Assembly (NCBI GenBank): GCA_942492185.1
Contig: CALOEA010000062.1
Span: 33,459 to 97,458 of the forward strand
Source: an uncultured Alphaproteobacteria bacterium
GTDB taxonomy: Bacteria > Pseudomonadota > Alphaproteobacteria > Kiloniellales > JACOMY01
DNA: 64,000 nucleotides
Direction: 5' to 3'
The translations under genes were made by a program, and so were the position numbers. Under the pieces are notes generated by a model. That model was not told the origin of the DNA. It saw only the letters and a program-made list of their open reading frames with translations, and ran no database searches. Below, one piece after another: positions 1 to 9,707 of this stretch (position 1 is the first letter of the stretch; the number at the start of each line of letters is the position of its first letter).

Positions 1-73
1 CGCCGTCTCGTTCTGCCGGCTTGGCGTGGACGGCTCCGCAGCCTATATCGCCAGGGACTGAAGGAGAAAGTCC

Positions 74-1884
74 ATGGCAGACGGTAGCGGCAAGACGGCG
101 GAACAGGACGGCAGCATCACTTTGGCAGGTCTCCCGGAATGGGACCTGAGCGATCTCTATGGCGGGCCGGAGGCGCCGGAACTCAAGACCGACCTGGCCG
201 AAGCCGATCGCCAGGCCAAGGCCTTTCGCGCCGATTACGAAGGCAAGCTCGCCGGCCTCCCCGGCAGCACGCTCGCCGAGGCCATCGGCCGCTACGAGCA
301 GGTGCAGGAGCTGCTCGGCCGGCTGATGAGCTATGGCCAGCTGCTGCAGTCCGGCAATGTCAGCGATGCGAAGATCGCCGGCTTCTACCAGGGTCTGCAG
401 GAGCAGGCGACGCGGATCTCCACCAACCTGCTGTTCTTCACGTTGGAACTGAATCGCCTGGAAGACGAGGTGCTCGAGCCGAAGCTGGCGGACCCGGCGA
501 TGGCCCACTGGCTGCCCTGGCTGCGCGACCTGCGGGTCTATCGGCCGCACCAGCTCTCCGACGAGCTGGAGCGCCTGTTGCACGAGAAGTACGTGGTCGG
601 GCGCGCCGCCTGGAACCGCCTGTTCGACGAGACCATGGCCGGCCTGCGGTTTCCGCTGGATGGCAAGCTGCTGACCTCGACCGAGATCCTGAACCGATTC
701 ACCGACCGCAGCCCCAAGGTGCGCGAGGCGGCGGCGCACGCCTTCGCCAAGGTGCTGGCGGACAACCAGCGCGGCTCTTCGCCCTCATCACCAACACGCT
801 GGCCAAGGACAAGGCGATCGAGGACGAGTGGCGCAACTTCCCGCGCCCGGTCTCCAGCCGCAATCTCGCCAACCTGGTCGAGGACGAGGTGGTCGACGCC
901 CTGACCGAAGCCGTGGTCGGCGCCTATCCCAAGCTCTCGCACCGCTACTACGCGCTGAAGGCCAAGTGGCTCGGCCGCACGACCCTGCCTTACTGGGAGC
1001 GCAATGCGCCGCTGCCGGAGGACGACGACCGCCTGATCCCCTGGCAGGAGGCCGAGACGACGGTGCTGGGCGCCTATCGCGCCTTCTCCCCCGATCTGGC
1101 GGCGGTCGGCGAGCGCTTCTTCCGCAGTGCCTGGATCGACGCTCCGGCGCGGCCGGGCAAGGCCTCCGGCGCCTTCGCCCACCCCACCGTGCCCTCGGCC
1201 CACCCCTACCTGCTGCTGAACTACCAGGGCCGCACGCGCGACGTCATGACGCTGGCGCACGAACTCGGCCACGGCGTGCACCAGGTGCTGGCCGGGCCGC
1301 AGGGCCACCTGCTGGCCGACACGCCGCTGACCCTGGCGGAGACCGCCTCGGTGTTCGGCGAGATGCTGACCTTCCAGGCCTTGCTGAAGCAGGCCAGGGA
1401 TCCCAAGCGGCGCAAGATCATGCTGGCCTCGAAGGTCGAGGACATGCTGAACACCGTGGTCCGCCAGATCGCCTTCCATCGCTTCGAGACCAAGGTCCAC
1501 GACGCGCGGCGCGAAGGCGAGCTTGCCCCCGACCGCCTCGGCGAGATCTGGATGGAGACCCAGGCCGAGTCGCTGGGGCCCGCATTCGAACTCGACCTCG
1601 AGTACCGGGCCTTCTGGAGCTACATCCCGCACTTCGTCCACGTGCCCTTCTACGTCTACGCCTATGCCTTCGGCGACTGCCTGGTGAACTCGCTCTACGC
1701 GGTCTACCAGCAGGCCGAGGCCGGCTTCGCCGAGAAGTACCTGGAGATGCTGAAGTCCGGCGGCGCCAAGCGGCACAAGGAGCTGCTGGCCCCCTTCGGG
1801 CTCGATGCCTCCGACCCGGCCTTCTGGGCCAAGGGCCTCTCGGTCGTCGCCGGCTTCATCGACGAGTTGGAGGCGCTCGAATAG
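74..1884 (+). pseudogene. pepF: Oligoendopeptidase F (M3B/PepF family), reading frame broken once near 773
   Basis: The first ~233 aa (to ...AFAKVLADNQR) lie in the frame of ORF 74..904. The rest (LFALITNTLAKDK..., including the zinc motif HELGHGVH) lies in the frame of ORF 139..1884. The junction cgc-gg-ctc at 770-777 implies a 1-nt loss or a 2-nt gain. Confidence 0.85.
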
Positions 1885-1946
1885 CTCCCGTCGCACCCGA
1901 TCAGCCTGCGGTTAGGATCTTCCCCGAAATATAAAGTTTAAGTAGC

Positions 1947-1986
1947 ATGACGCCTGTCTTGCACGTCGCATGGAGACAGGCGTCAT
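1947..1986 (+). promoter_or_regulatory. Perfect 13-bp inverted repeat (ATGACGCCTGTCT / AGACAGGCGTCAT, 14-nt loop) covering both candidate start codons of the next gene
   Basis: Read directly: arms at 1947-1959 and 1974-1986. The in-frame ATGs at 1970 and 1985 lie in the loop/right arm. An AT-rich stretch (1925-1945) lies just upstream. Confidence 0.5.
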
Positions 1987-2884
1987 GGACTTCCGCACAA
2001 CCACGTCGCTCAACCTTCGCAATGGCGCGGGGACCGACGAGGCGATCCTGCTGACCCTGCCCAAGGGTCATAAGGTAACGCTGCTCGACGACCTCGCCAG
2101 CCAGCCCGGCTGGTGGCAGGTCGCGACCACCCTCCGGGGCGGCGAGGTCACCGGCTTCGTCAGCGCCCGCTTCCTCGTCCCGCTGGACGAGGCACCGGCA
2201 CCTGTCAGCTCGGCCGCGCTCTCGCCGCTCCCCGCCGTGCACATGCCCAATCCGCGGCGACACGCGATCAAGCGGACGGGACAGAGCCGCGCTTACGCGC
2301 TGAACGAGAGCGGCCTTCCAGGCGGACCGCCGAGCGCCGCGGCGCTCTGGGGCATCGTCGACTGGCTCGATGTCGAGAAGTCGGCGCATGTCCGCTATCA
2401 GCCGATTCCGGGCGGCTCGACCTTCTGCAACATCTACGCCTACGACCTTTGCTTCCTTGCCGGGCCCTACCTGCCGCGGGTCTGGTGGACCAGGAACGCC
2501 ATCGCCAGGCTGCGCCAGGGGGTGGAGGTGCCGCCGGTCTATGACCACTCGATCCACGAGCTGAACGCCAACGCGCTGCACGACTGGCTGTCGGAATTCG
2601 GGCCGGAGTTCGGCTGGCGCGCGGCCGACTCGCTGACCGCCGCGCAGAATGCCGCCAACGACGGCAAGCTGGCGACCATCGTGGCGACGACCGGCACCGC
2701 CGCCTCCGGGCATATCACCATCCTGCTCGCCGAGCAGGGCGGCGAGCGGGTCGCCAGGCGTTCTGGCAACAGGGTCGTCGCGCCGCTGCAGAGCCAGGCC
2801 GGACGCAGGAACCAAAAGTTCCACAGCAACGACTGGTGGGACAGCTCGCACTACCAGAGCTGGGGCATCTGGATCGCCGACTGA
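1970..2884 (+). CDS. SH3b-domain protein with a putative C-terminal Cys/His (papain-fold, CHAP/NlpC-like) hydrolase domain
   Basis: The N-terminus is SH3b-like (LNLRNGAGTDEAILLTLPKGHKVTLL..WWQV..GFVSARFL). The C-terminal half carries a Cys (STFCNIYAYD) and a His (SGHITILL) spaced as in papain-fold amidases. Function is not established. Confidence 0.5.
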   Translation: METGVMDFRTTTSLNLRNGAGTDEAILLTLPKGHKVTLLDDLASQPGWWQVATTLRGGEVTGFVSARFLVPLDEAPAPVSSAALSPLPAVHMPNPRRHAIKRTGQSRAYALNESGLPGGPPSAAALWGIVDWLDVEKSAHVRYQPIPGGSTFCNIYAYDLCFLAGPYLPRVWWTRNAIARLRQGVEVPPVYDHSIHELNANALHDWLSEFGPEFGWRAADSLTAAQNAANDGKLATIVATTGTAASGHITILLAEQGGERVARRSGNRVVAPLQSQAGRRNQKFHSNDWWDSSHYQSWGIWIAD

Positions 2885-2967
2885 CTGGACAAATCCCCGC
2901 GCAGGGCCAATGTGACTCTGCAGGAATCATTCCAGAGCCCTTTCCCTTCCTTGCGCGGGTAGCCAGC

Positions 2968-4311
2968 TTGAACGAAGACGAATCCTCCCGCTTCGGCCTT
3001 CGGGCCAAGCGCTACGTCGACGTCGGCCGCCGGGTCGGCGGCTTCGCGGCCGGCTATGCGCTGCGCCGCGTGGTCGGCGGCAAGGTCGGCGACCGCGGCA
3101 AGCACGCCGACGAGCTGATGCAGGCGCTGGGCGGTCTGAAGGGACCGCTGATGAAGGCGGCGCAGATCCTCTCCACCATCCCGGACGCCCTGCCGAAGGA
3201 GTACACCGAGGCCCTGCGGCAGCTGCAGGCCAACGCGCCGCCGATGGGCTGGCCCTTCGTCAAGCGTCGCATGGCGAGCGAACTGGGCCCCGGCTGGGAG
3301 AAGCGCTTCGCCTCCTTCAGCCGCGAGGCGGTGCATGCGGCCTCGCTGGGGCAGGTGCATCGCGCCACCGACGCCGAGGGCCGCGTGCTGGCCTGCAAGC
3401 TGCAGTATCCCGATATGGCCTCGGCGGTGGCGGCCGACATCGGCCAGCTCAAGCTGGCGATGAACATCTATCGCCGCATGGATCGCACGATCGACACCCG
3501 CGAGATCCAGCAGGAGCTGGCCGAGCGCCTGCAGGAGGAGCTGGACTACCGCCGCGAGGCCAAGCACATGCGACTCTACGGCGCGATGCTGGCCAAGGAG
3601 GCGCGGGTGCACGTGCCCGAGCCGCTGGAGGAGCTCTCGACCGGCCGGCTGCTCACCATGAACTGGCTGGACGGCACCGGCTTCATGCGCTTCATCGAGG
3701 CGCACGACGACCCGGAGATGCGCCGGACCATCGCGCTCAACATGTTCCGCGCCTGGTATGTGCCCTTCTATGACTACGGCGTGATCCATGGCGACCCGCA
3801 CCTCGGCAACTACACCCTGACCGCCGCCGGCGAGGTCAACCTGCTGGATTTCGGCAGCGTGCGGGTCTTCCCGCCGGACTTCGTCTGGGGCGTGATCGAG
3901 CTCTACCGTGCCCTGCAGGACGAGGACGACACCCGTGCCATCGCCGCCTACGAGGCCTGGGGCTTCCGCGACTTCACCAAGGAAAAGCTGGAGGTGCTCA
4001 ACATCTGGGCGCGCTTCCTCTATGCGCCGCTGCTGGAGGACCGGCCGCAGCGCATCCTCGACGAGGGCGGCGTCTACGGCGCCGAGGTCGCCAACAAGGT
4101 GCATCGCGAGTTGAAGCGCATCGGCGGCATCCGCCCGCCGCGGGAGTTCGTGCTGATGGATCGCGCTGCCATCGGCCTCGGCTCGGTCTTCATGCACCTC
4201 AAGGCCGAGGTGAACTGGTACCGGCTGTTCCACGAGCTGATCGAGGGTTTCGACCGCAATAGCCTGGCGAAACGGCAAACCAAGGCGCTGAAGGCCGTTG
4301 GCCTGATCTAG
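2968..4311 (+). CDS. ABC1/UbiB-family atypical protein kinase
   Basis: Family blocks KAAQILSTIPDALPKEYTEALRQLQANAPPMGWPFV and VIHGDPHLGN are present. I set the start at TTG 2968 (MNEDESSRF...) by resemblance to family N-termini. ATG 2836 is possible but would overlap the upstream gene by 49 nt. Confidence 0.8.
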   Translation: MNEDESSRFGLRAKRYVDVGRRVGGFAAGYALRRVVGGKVGDRGKHADELMQALGGLKGPLMKAAQILSTIPDALPKEYTEALRQLQANAPPMGWPFVKRRMASELGPGWEKRFASFSREAVHAASLGQVHRATDAEGRVLACKLQYPDMASAVAADIGQLKLAMNIYRRMDRTIDTREIQQELAERLQEELDYRREAKHMRLYGAMLAKEARVHVPEPLEELSTGRLLTMNWLDGTGFMRFIEAHDDPEMRRTIALNMFRAWYVPFYDYGVIHGDPHLGNYTLTAAGEVNLLDFGSVRVFPPDFVWGVIELYRALQDEDDTRAIAAYEAWGFRDFTKEKLEVLNIWARFLYAPLLEDRPQRILDEGGVYGAEVANKVHRELKRIGGIRPPREFVLMDRAAIGLGSVFMHLKAEVNWYRLFHELIEGFDRNSLAKRQTKALKAVGLI

Positions 4312-4408
4312 GGCACCGGCGACCAATCGACGCCCAGCGCTTGCCAAGGCTGTCGCCTTCGGGTTCCTCTTGGCGGCAGGGCACAGCAGCCGGCGCGGGA
4401 CCCGAGCG

Positions 4409-5383
4409 ATGATCACTGTTTTCGTCAAGACAGCGGAGGGACTGGAACGCCACGACGGCGGCCACGACCTTACGATCCCGCGCGAAGCGACCTGGATCGA
4501 CCTTTCCAGCCCGACCCGGGCCGAGGAGGCGGCGGTCGAGGCGGTCGCAGGCGTCGACATCCCGACCCGCGAGGAAATGCAGGAGATCGAGACCTCCTCG
4601 CGGCTGCGCCAGGAGGAGGGCACGCTCTTCATGACGGTGCAGCTGGTCGCCAACATGACCTCGCCGCAGCCGCTGACCACCGCCGTCACCTTCATCCTCG
4701 CCGGCCATCGCCTGATCACGCTGCGCTATGCCGACCCGCTGCCCTTCAAGGTCTTCGGCACCTATGCCGAGACGCACCACGGCTCCTGCGCCAGCGGCGA
4801 GACAGCCCTTTCCGGCCTGCTGGAGGCCATTATCGACCGTCTGGCGGACGTGCTGGAGATGGCCGGCCAGGATGTCGAGGCGATCAGCCACGAGATCTTC
4901 GTGCGCACCCACAACCGCCGCGGCTCGAAGAACTTCCAGGCGCTGCTCGAGCGTATCGGCCGCGCCGGGGACATCGCCTCGAAGGCGCGGGAAAGCGTGA
5001 TGAGCCTCAATCGCGCCGTCACCTTCCTCGGCCTGGTGGCCCCCGAGGTCGGCGGCAAGCGCGAGAAGCGCAATCGCCTGAAGACCATGTCGCGCGACCT
5101 GCAGTCGCTGGCCGACTACGCCAACTTCATCGCTGGCAAGGTGACCTTCCTGCTCGATGCCACGCTCGGCATGCTGTCGATCGAGCAGAACAACATCATC
5201 AAGATCTTCTCGGTCGGCGCGATGATCTTCCTGCCGCCGACCATGGTGGCCACGATCTACGGCATGAACTTCAGGTTCATGCCGGAACTCGAATGGCCGC
5301 TGGGCTATCCGCTGGCGATCCTGCTGATGATCGTCTCAGCCGTGCTTCCCTGGCTCTACTTCAAACGCAAAGGCTGGCTATGA
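4409..5383 (+). CDS. corA: Magnesium/cobalt transporter CorA
   Basis: YGMNF (GMN) motif followed by two C-terminal TM helices; 324 aa; ATG at 4409. Confidence 0.9.
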   Translation: MITVFVKTAEGLERHDGGHDLTIPREATWIDLSSPTRAEEAAVEAVAGVDIPTREEMQEIETSSRLRQEEGTLFMTVQLVANMTSPQPLTTAVTFILAGHRLITLRYADPLPFKVFGTYAETHHGSCASGETALSGLLEAIIDRLADVLEMAGQDVEAISHEIFVRTHNRRGSKNFQALLERIGRAGDIASKARESVMSLNRAVTFLGLVAPEVGGKREKRNRLKTMSRDLQSLADYANFIAGKVTFLLDATLGMLSIEQNNIIKIFSVGAMIFLPPTMVATIYGMNFRFMPELEWPLGYPLAILLMIVSAVLPWLYFKRKGWL

Positions 5384-6168
5384 CCGTCTCGCCGCAGCCG
5401 TCGCCCCGCCGCGTCATCGTCACCGCCGCCGCCTCCGGCATCGGCCGGGTGATCGCCCGCTCCTTCCTCGGCCAGGGCGATCAGGTCGCCATCAGCGACC
5501 TCGACGAGACGGCCCTGGCGGCCTTCCGCGAGGAGTGGCCCGAGACCCTGGCCGAGCGCATCGACATGGCCGACGAGGCGGCGGTCGGCGGCTTCGTGCG
5601 GCGCGCCGTGGAACGGATGGGCGGACTCGACATCCTCGTGAACAACGCCGGCATCGCCGGCCCCTCGGGCCTGCTGGAGGCCGGCGATCCGTCGGCCATC
5701 CGCCAGTGCATCGAGGTCTGCCTGCTGTCGCAGTTCTGGACCCTGCGCCACGCGCTGCCGGTGATGAAGACGCAGAAGAGCGGCCTGGTGGTGAACCTCG
5801 CCTCGACCGCCGGCATTTTCGGCTATCCGCTGCGCAGCCCCTATGCGGCGGCGAAGTGGGGAGTGGTCGGACTGACCAAGTCGCTGGCCATGGAGGTCGG
5901 GCCCTTCGGCATCCGCGTCAACGCCCTCTGCCCCGGCAGCGTGACCGGCGACCGGATGGACCGCGTCATCGCCGCCGAGGCCAAGGCGCGCGGCGTCACG
6001 GCGGAGGAGATCCACCAGTCCTACCTCAAGGGCGTGTCGCTGCGGACCTTCGTGTCGCCGGAAGAGATCGCGGCGATGATCCACTACCTCGCCTCGCCCG
6101 CCGGCCGTGCCATCACCGGCCAGGCGCTGGCCATCGACGGCGGCACCGAGACCCTGGCGGCACTCTAG
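5380..6168 (+). CDS. Short-chain dehydrogenase/reductase (SDR)
   Basis: TAAASGIGRVIA (TGxxxGxG), NNAG and YAAAK (YxxxK) motifs. ATG 5380 overlaps the corA stop (ATGA). Confidence 0.85.
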   Translation: MTVSPQPSPRRVIVTAAASGIGRVIARSFLGQGDQVAISDLDETALAAFREEWPETLAERIDMADEAAVGGFVRRAVERMGGLDILVNNAGIAGPSGLLEAGDPSAIRQCIEVCLLSQFWTLRHALPVMKTQKSGLVVNLASTAGIFGYPLRSPYAAAKWGVVGLTKSLAMEVGPFGIRVNALCPGSVTGDRMDRVIAAEAKARGVTAEEIHQSYLKGVSLRTFVSPEEIAAMIHYLASPAGRAITGQALAIDGGTETLAAL

Positions 6169-6764
6169 TCCGCCGCTTCGGGCGGCAGATAGGCGGTGGC
6201 GCCGGTGATCAGCCAGTTCCAGAGGAAGCGCACACTGGCCCGCTCGCCGTGCAGGCGGAAGCGCTGCGGCGTGCCGACGTTGTAGAGCGTCACCGGCAGG
6301 CCGGCGAAGAGCGTGGGCGCGGCCTGCCCCGGACCGAAGCGGTCCGGCGAGAGATCGAGGCCGGTCCCCTGGGCCAGCAGCGCGCGTGCCCAGTCGCCCT
6401 CGATCTCGAAGACCGCCAGTCCGTCGGTGACGTCGCTGATGAGGCAGGTAAGCCCGGCGGTGGCGCCCGCCAGCCTCGCGGCGAGGCCGGCCTCCTCGTC
6501 GCCGACCACCAGCCAGCGATCCGGCGCCTGCCACAGGGCGTAGGTCAGGAGACCGCCATGGCCGCCGGGGCCCGGCAGGGCGAAGCCCAGGGCGCCCTCG
6601 ACCGCCAGCCGGAAGGCGGCATCGTCCGGCGCGCCGCTCAGCAACAGCTGGCTGGCCGGCTCGACCAGTCCGAGATTGCCGCCGAGGCGGTAGAGCGAAG
6701 GCGGCGGCGGCAGCAACGACGCCAGCGGCTGGCGCTGCAGGGTTGCAGGCGAAGCGTCAGCCAT
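6165..6764 (-). CDS. soxG: Sarcosine oxidase gamma subunit
   Basis: 199 aa. The start overlaps the soxA stop by 8 nt, and it is the last gene in the canonical soxB-D-A-G order. Confidence 0.7.
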   Translation of the reverse strand: MADASPATLQRQPLASLLPPPPSLYRLGGNLGLVEPASQLLLSGAPDDAAFRLAVEGALGFALPGPGGHGGLLTYALWQAPDRWLVVGDEEAGLAARLAGATAGLTCLISDVTDGLAVFEIEGDWARALLAQGTGLDLSPDRFGPGQAAPTLFAGLPVTLYNVGTPQRFRLHGERASVRFLWNWLITGATAYLPPEAAD

Positions 6765-9707
6765 GGAGTCGCGCTCCCTTTGGATCGAAGAAGCAGGACG
6801 CGACCGCCGTCGCCTTCAGCCAGGCACCCAGGTGATAGAGCTCCAGTTCGGCGCGCTCGGCAGCCAGCCGGCGGCCGCTCTCGACCAGCGCCAGGGCCAC
6901 CGGCCGGCCGAGCGTCGGGCTGGCGAAGGAGGAGGTGACGAAGCCGATGGAGCGCAGCCGCCCGCCGCTGCGCTGCACGACGTGGGCGCCGTTCGGCAGC
7001 GGCGCCGCCGGGTCGGCCGCGGCCAGCCCGATCAGCTGCTGGCGGTCGTCTCGCTGTGCCTCCGGCGTGAAGAGTGAGCGTCGGCCGACGTAGTCGATCT
7101 TCTTGTTCCGCAGCGGGCCGAGCAGACCCAGGTCCTGCGGCAGGGTGGTACCGTCGGTGTCGCGTCCGATCAGGATGTAGCCCTTCTCGCTCCTCAGCGT
7201 CATCAGCGACTCGATGCCATAGGGCGTGATCGAGGCGAAGCGGCCGAGCGTCATCAGCCGCTCCCACAGGTCCGCGCCGAAGCCGGCCGGCACGGAAATC
7301 TCGTAGGAGCGCTCGCCGGTGAAGGAGACGCGGGCGACGCGGGCCGCTACGCCCTCCAGCTCGCCCTCGGCCAGCGCCATGTGCGGCAGCGCGGCGTCGG
7401 AAAGGTCGATGGAGGTCCGCAGGCGCGAGACCACCTCCAGCGCCCGCGGGCCGGACACCGCCAGCGTCGCCCAGGCCTGGCTGACGTCGTGGTGGAAGAC
7501 CTTCAGCTGCGGCCACTCGGCCTGGTGCCACTCCTCGATCATCGCCCGCATGCCCTCGACGTGACTGGAGGAGGGCGACAGAAGGAAGCGGTCCTCGGCC
7601 AGGCGCGCCACCACGCCGTCGTCGAAGACGTTGCCGTTCTCGCGCAGCACCAGGCAGTAGCGCAGGCGGCCGGGCTTGAGGTTGCCCAGCTCGTTGTAGA
7701 AGAGGCGGTTGACCAGTTCGGCGGCATCGGGCCCCGCCACCTCCAGCTTGCCGAGGGAGGAACCGTCCATCAGGCCGACACTGCGGCGCACCGCCAGCAC
7801 CTCGCGCTCGACCGCCGCCGCCTCGCTCTCGCCGGCCTGCGGATAGCAGGCCGGCCGCGCCCAGAGGCCGTAGTCGCGGAAGGCGGCGCCGGCGGCCAGA
7901 TGGGCCTCGTGCAGCGGCAGATGGCGGCGGGTCTGCAGACGCGCGGCCCGCTGCAGGCCGGCGACGGCACCCATCAGCAGCGGCGTATAGGGCGGCCGGA
8001 AGGTCGTGGTGCCGACCGCGCCCGGCGCCCGGCCGGTGGCTTCCCCCATCACCGCCAGGCCGACCACGTTGGCCGTCTTGCCCTGGTCCGTTGCCATGCC
8101 GAGCGTGGTGTAGCGCTTCAGGTGCTCGACCGAGACATAGCCTTCGCGGGCCGCCAGCTCGACGTCCTTGGTGGTGACGTCGTGCTGGAAGTCGATCCAC
8201 TGCCGGGTGCCGGCGATGGGAACCCGCCAGTAGGCCTCGGCCGCATAGGGCGGATCGGCCCCCTCGGTGGCCGGGGCGTCGCCGCCGCCGCCGCCGGCGG
8301 CATGCCCTTCGGCCAGGCAGGCGGCGAGATCGAAGGCGGCGTTGGCGGCCCCGACCGAGACCTCGTCCTGGACCGAGCGCACGGGCCGGAAGCAGACCTG
8401 CGCCTCGTCCCAGCCGGCCTTGCCGCCGGACTGGCTCATCAGATGCAGCGCCGGAGACCAGCCGCCGGCCATGCAGAGCAGGTCGCAGTCGACCGTCGTG
8501 CCCTTGGTGCCGCGGTCGCGGGTGTCGGCGGGGCCCATGCGCGCACCGCCTGCGAGAGCCTCCGGCGACGCCGAGTATCGAGCGGAACCGTTGCGCCCAG
8601 CACCTCGATGCCGGCCGCCAGGGCGGCCGCCTTGATCAGCACCGCCTCGACCGGCGGGAGCGCGCATCGACGATGCCGACGCTGGCCCCGGCGGCGCGCA
8701 ACAGCAGCGCCGCGGCGTAGCCATCGTCGTTGGTGGTGAAGAGCACGATGCGCCGCCCGGGCAGCACGCCCCAGCGGCCGAGGTAGGTCGCCGCCGCCGA
8801 GGCCAGCATCACGCCCGGCCGGTCGTTGTCGGGGAAGGTCGATGGGCCGCTCCAGCGCACCGGTGGCCAGCACCACGCGTCCGGCATGCAGCAGCCAGAG
8901 CCGCTCCGGCCCCCAGCCCGGGGCCGGATCAAGGAGACGCTCGGTCAGCGCCAGCGTGTTGTGGTCGTAGTAGGCGGCGGCCTGGGTGCCCAGCTTCACC
9001 TGCACGTGGGCAGCGCGCGCAGGCGCTCGACGGCGGCCGTCGCCCAGGCGTGGCCGGGCTGGCCCTCGACCGCCTCGTCGCGCCACAGCAGCTGGCCGCC
9101 CGGCAGGCTCTCCTGCTCGACCAGCCAGACACTCTGCCCGGACGCGGCGCCAGCCAGCGCGGCGGCGAGGCCGGCCGGGCCGGCGCCCACCACCAGCAGG
9201 TCGCAGCGCGCGGCCTGCTGCTCGTAGTGCCGGCGATCCGGCGCGGGCGAGTTGCGTCCGAGGCCGGCGACCTCGCGGATGGCCTGCCCTCGAAGGTCTC
9301 CCAGTTCGGCCGGATGAAGGTCTTGTAGTAGAAGCCGGCCGGCAGGTACCTCGCGAAGCGGTCGTAGTGCCGCCGCCGGTCGCGCGCCAGGTCGGGCTCC
9401 GCGTTGATGCCGCTGAGCGCCATGCCCGCCTCCAGCGCCACGCAGGTGGCGCGCGCGTTGGGGTCGTGGCGGCCGTTGTGATGCAGGTCGAGGATGGCGT
9501 TCGGCTCCTCGACGCCGGCCGCCAGGATGCCGCGCGGGCGGTGGTACTTGAAGCTGCGCCCGACCAGCTGCACGCCGTTCGCCAGCAGCGCCGAGGCCAC
9601 GCTGTCGCCGGGATGGCCCTGGTAGCGTCGCCCCTCGAAGGTGAAGGAGAGCGTGCGTCCCGCGGTCGATGAAGCCGCCGGCTCGGCAGGCGTTGCGGCT
9701 GGCTCAT
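6757..9707 (-). pseudogene. soxA: Sarcosine oxidase alpha subunit; C-terminal 655 aa intact, N-terminal third broken by at least 7 frame changes
   Basis: Conserved segments can be followed across the three frames: MSQPQRLPS / GGFIDRG / RTLSFTFEGRRYQGHPGDS..NWETFEG / QAIREVAGLG..CDLLVVGAGPAGLAAAL..ERLRALP / VQVKLGTQAAAYYDHNT..ATGALERPI / FPDNDRPGVMLA..GIVDAR / PPVEAVLIKAAALAAGIEV / ...CDLLCMAGGWSPALHL to the end. The switches are at about 9680, 9658, 9287, 9009, 8840, 8657 and 8580. Confidence 0.85.

Noticed and set aside
1947-1986. The hairpin as an intrinsic terminator of pepF
   Set aside because: No U-tract follows the stem, and it overlaps the next gene's start codons. It is kept only as a regulatory or structural candidate.
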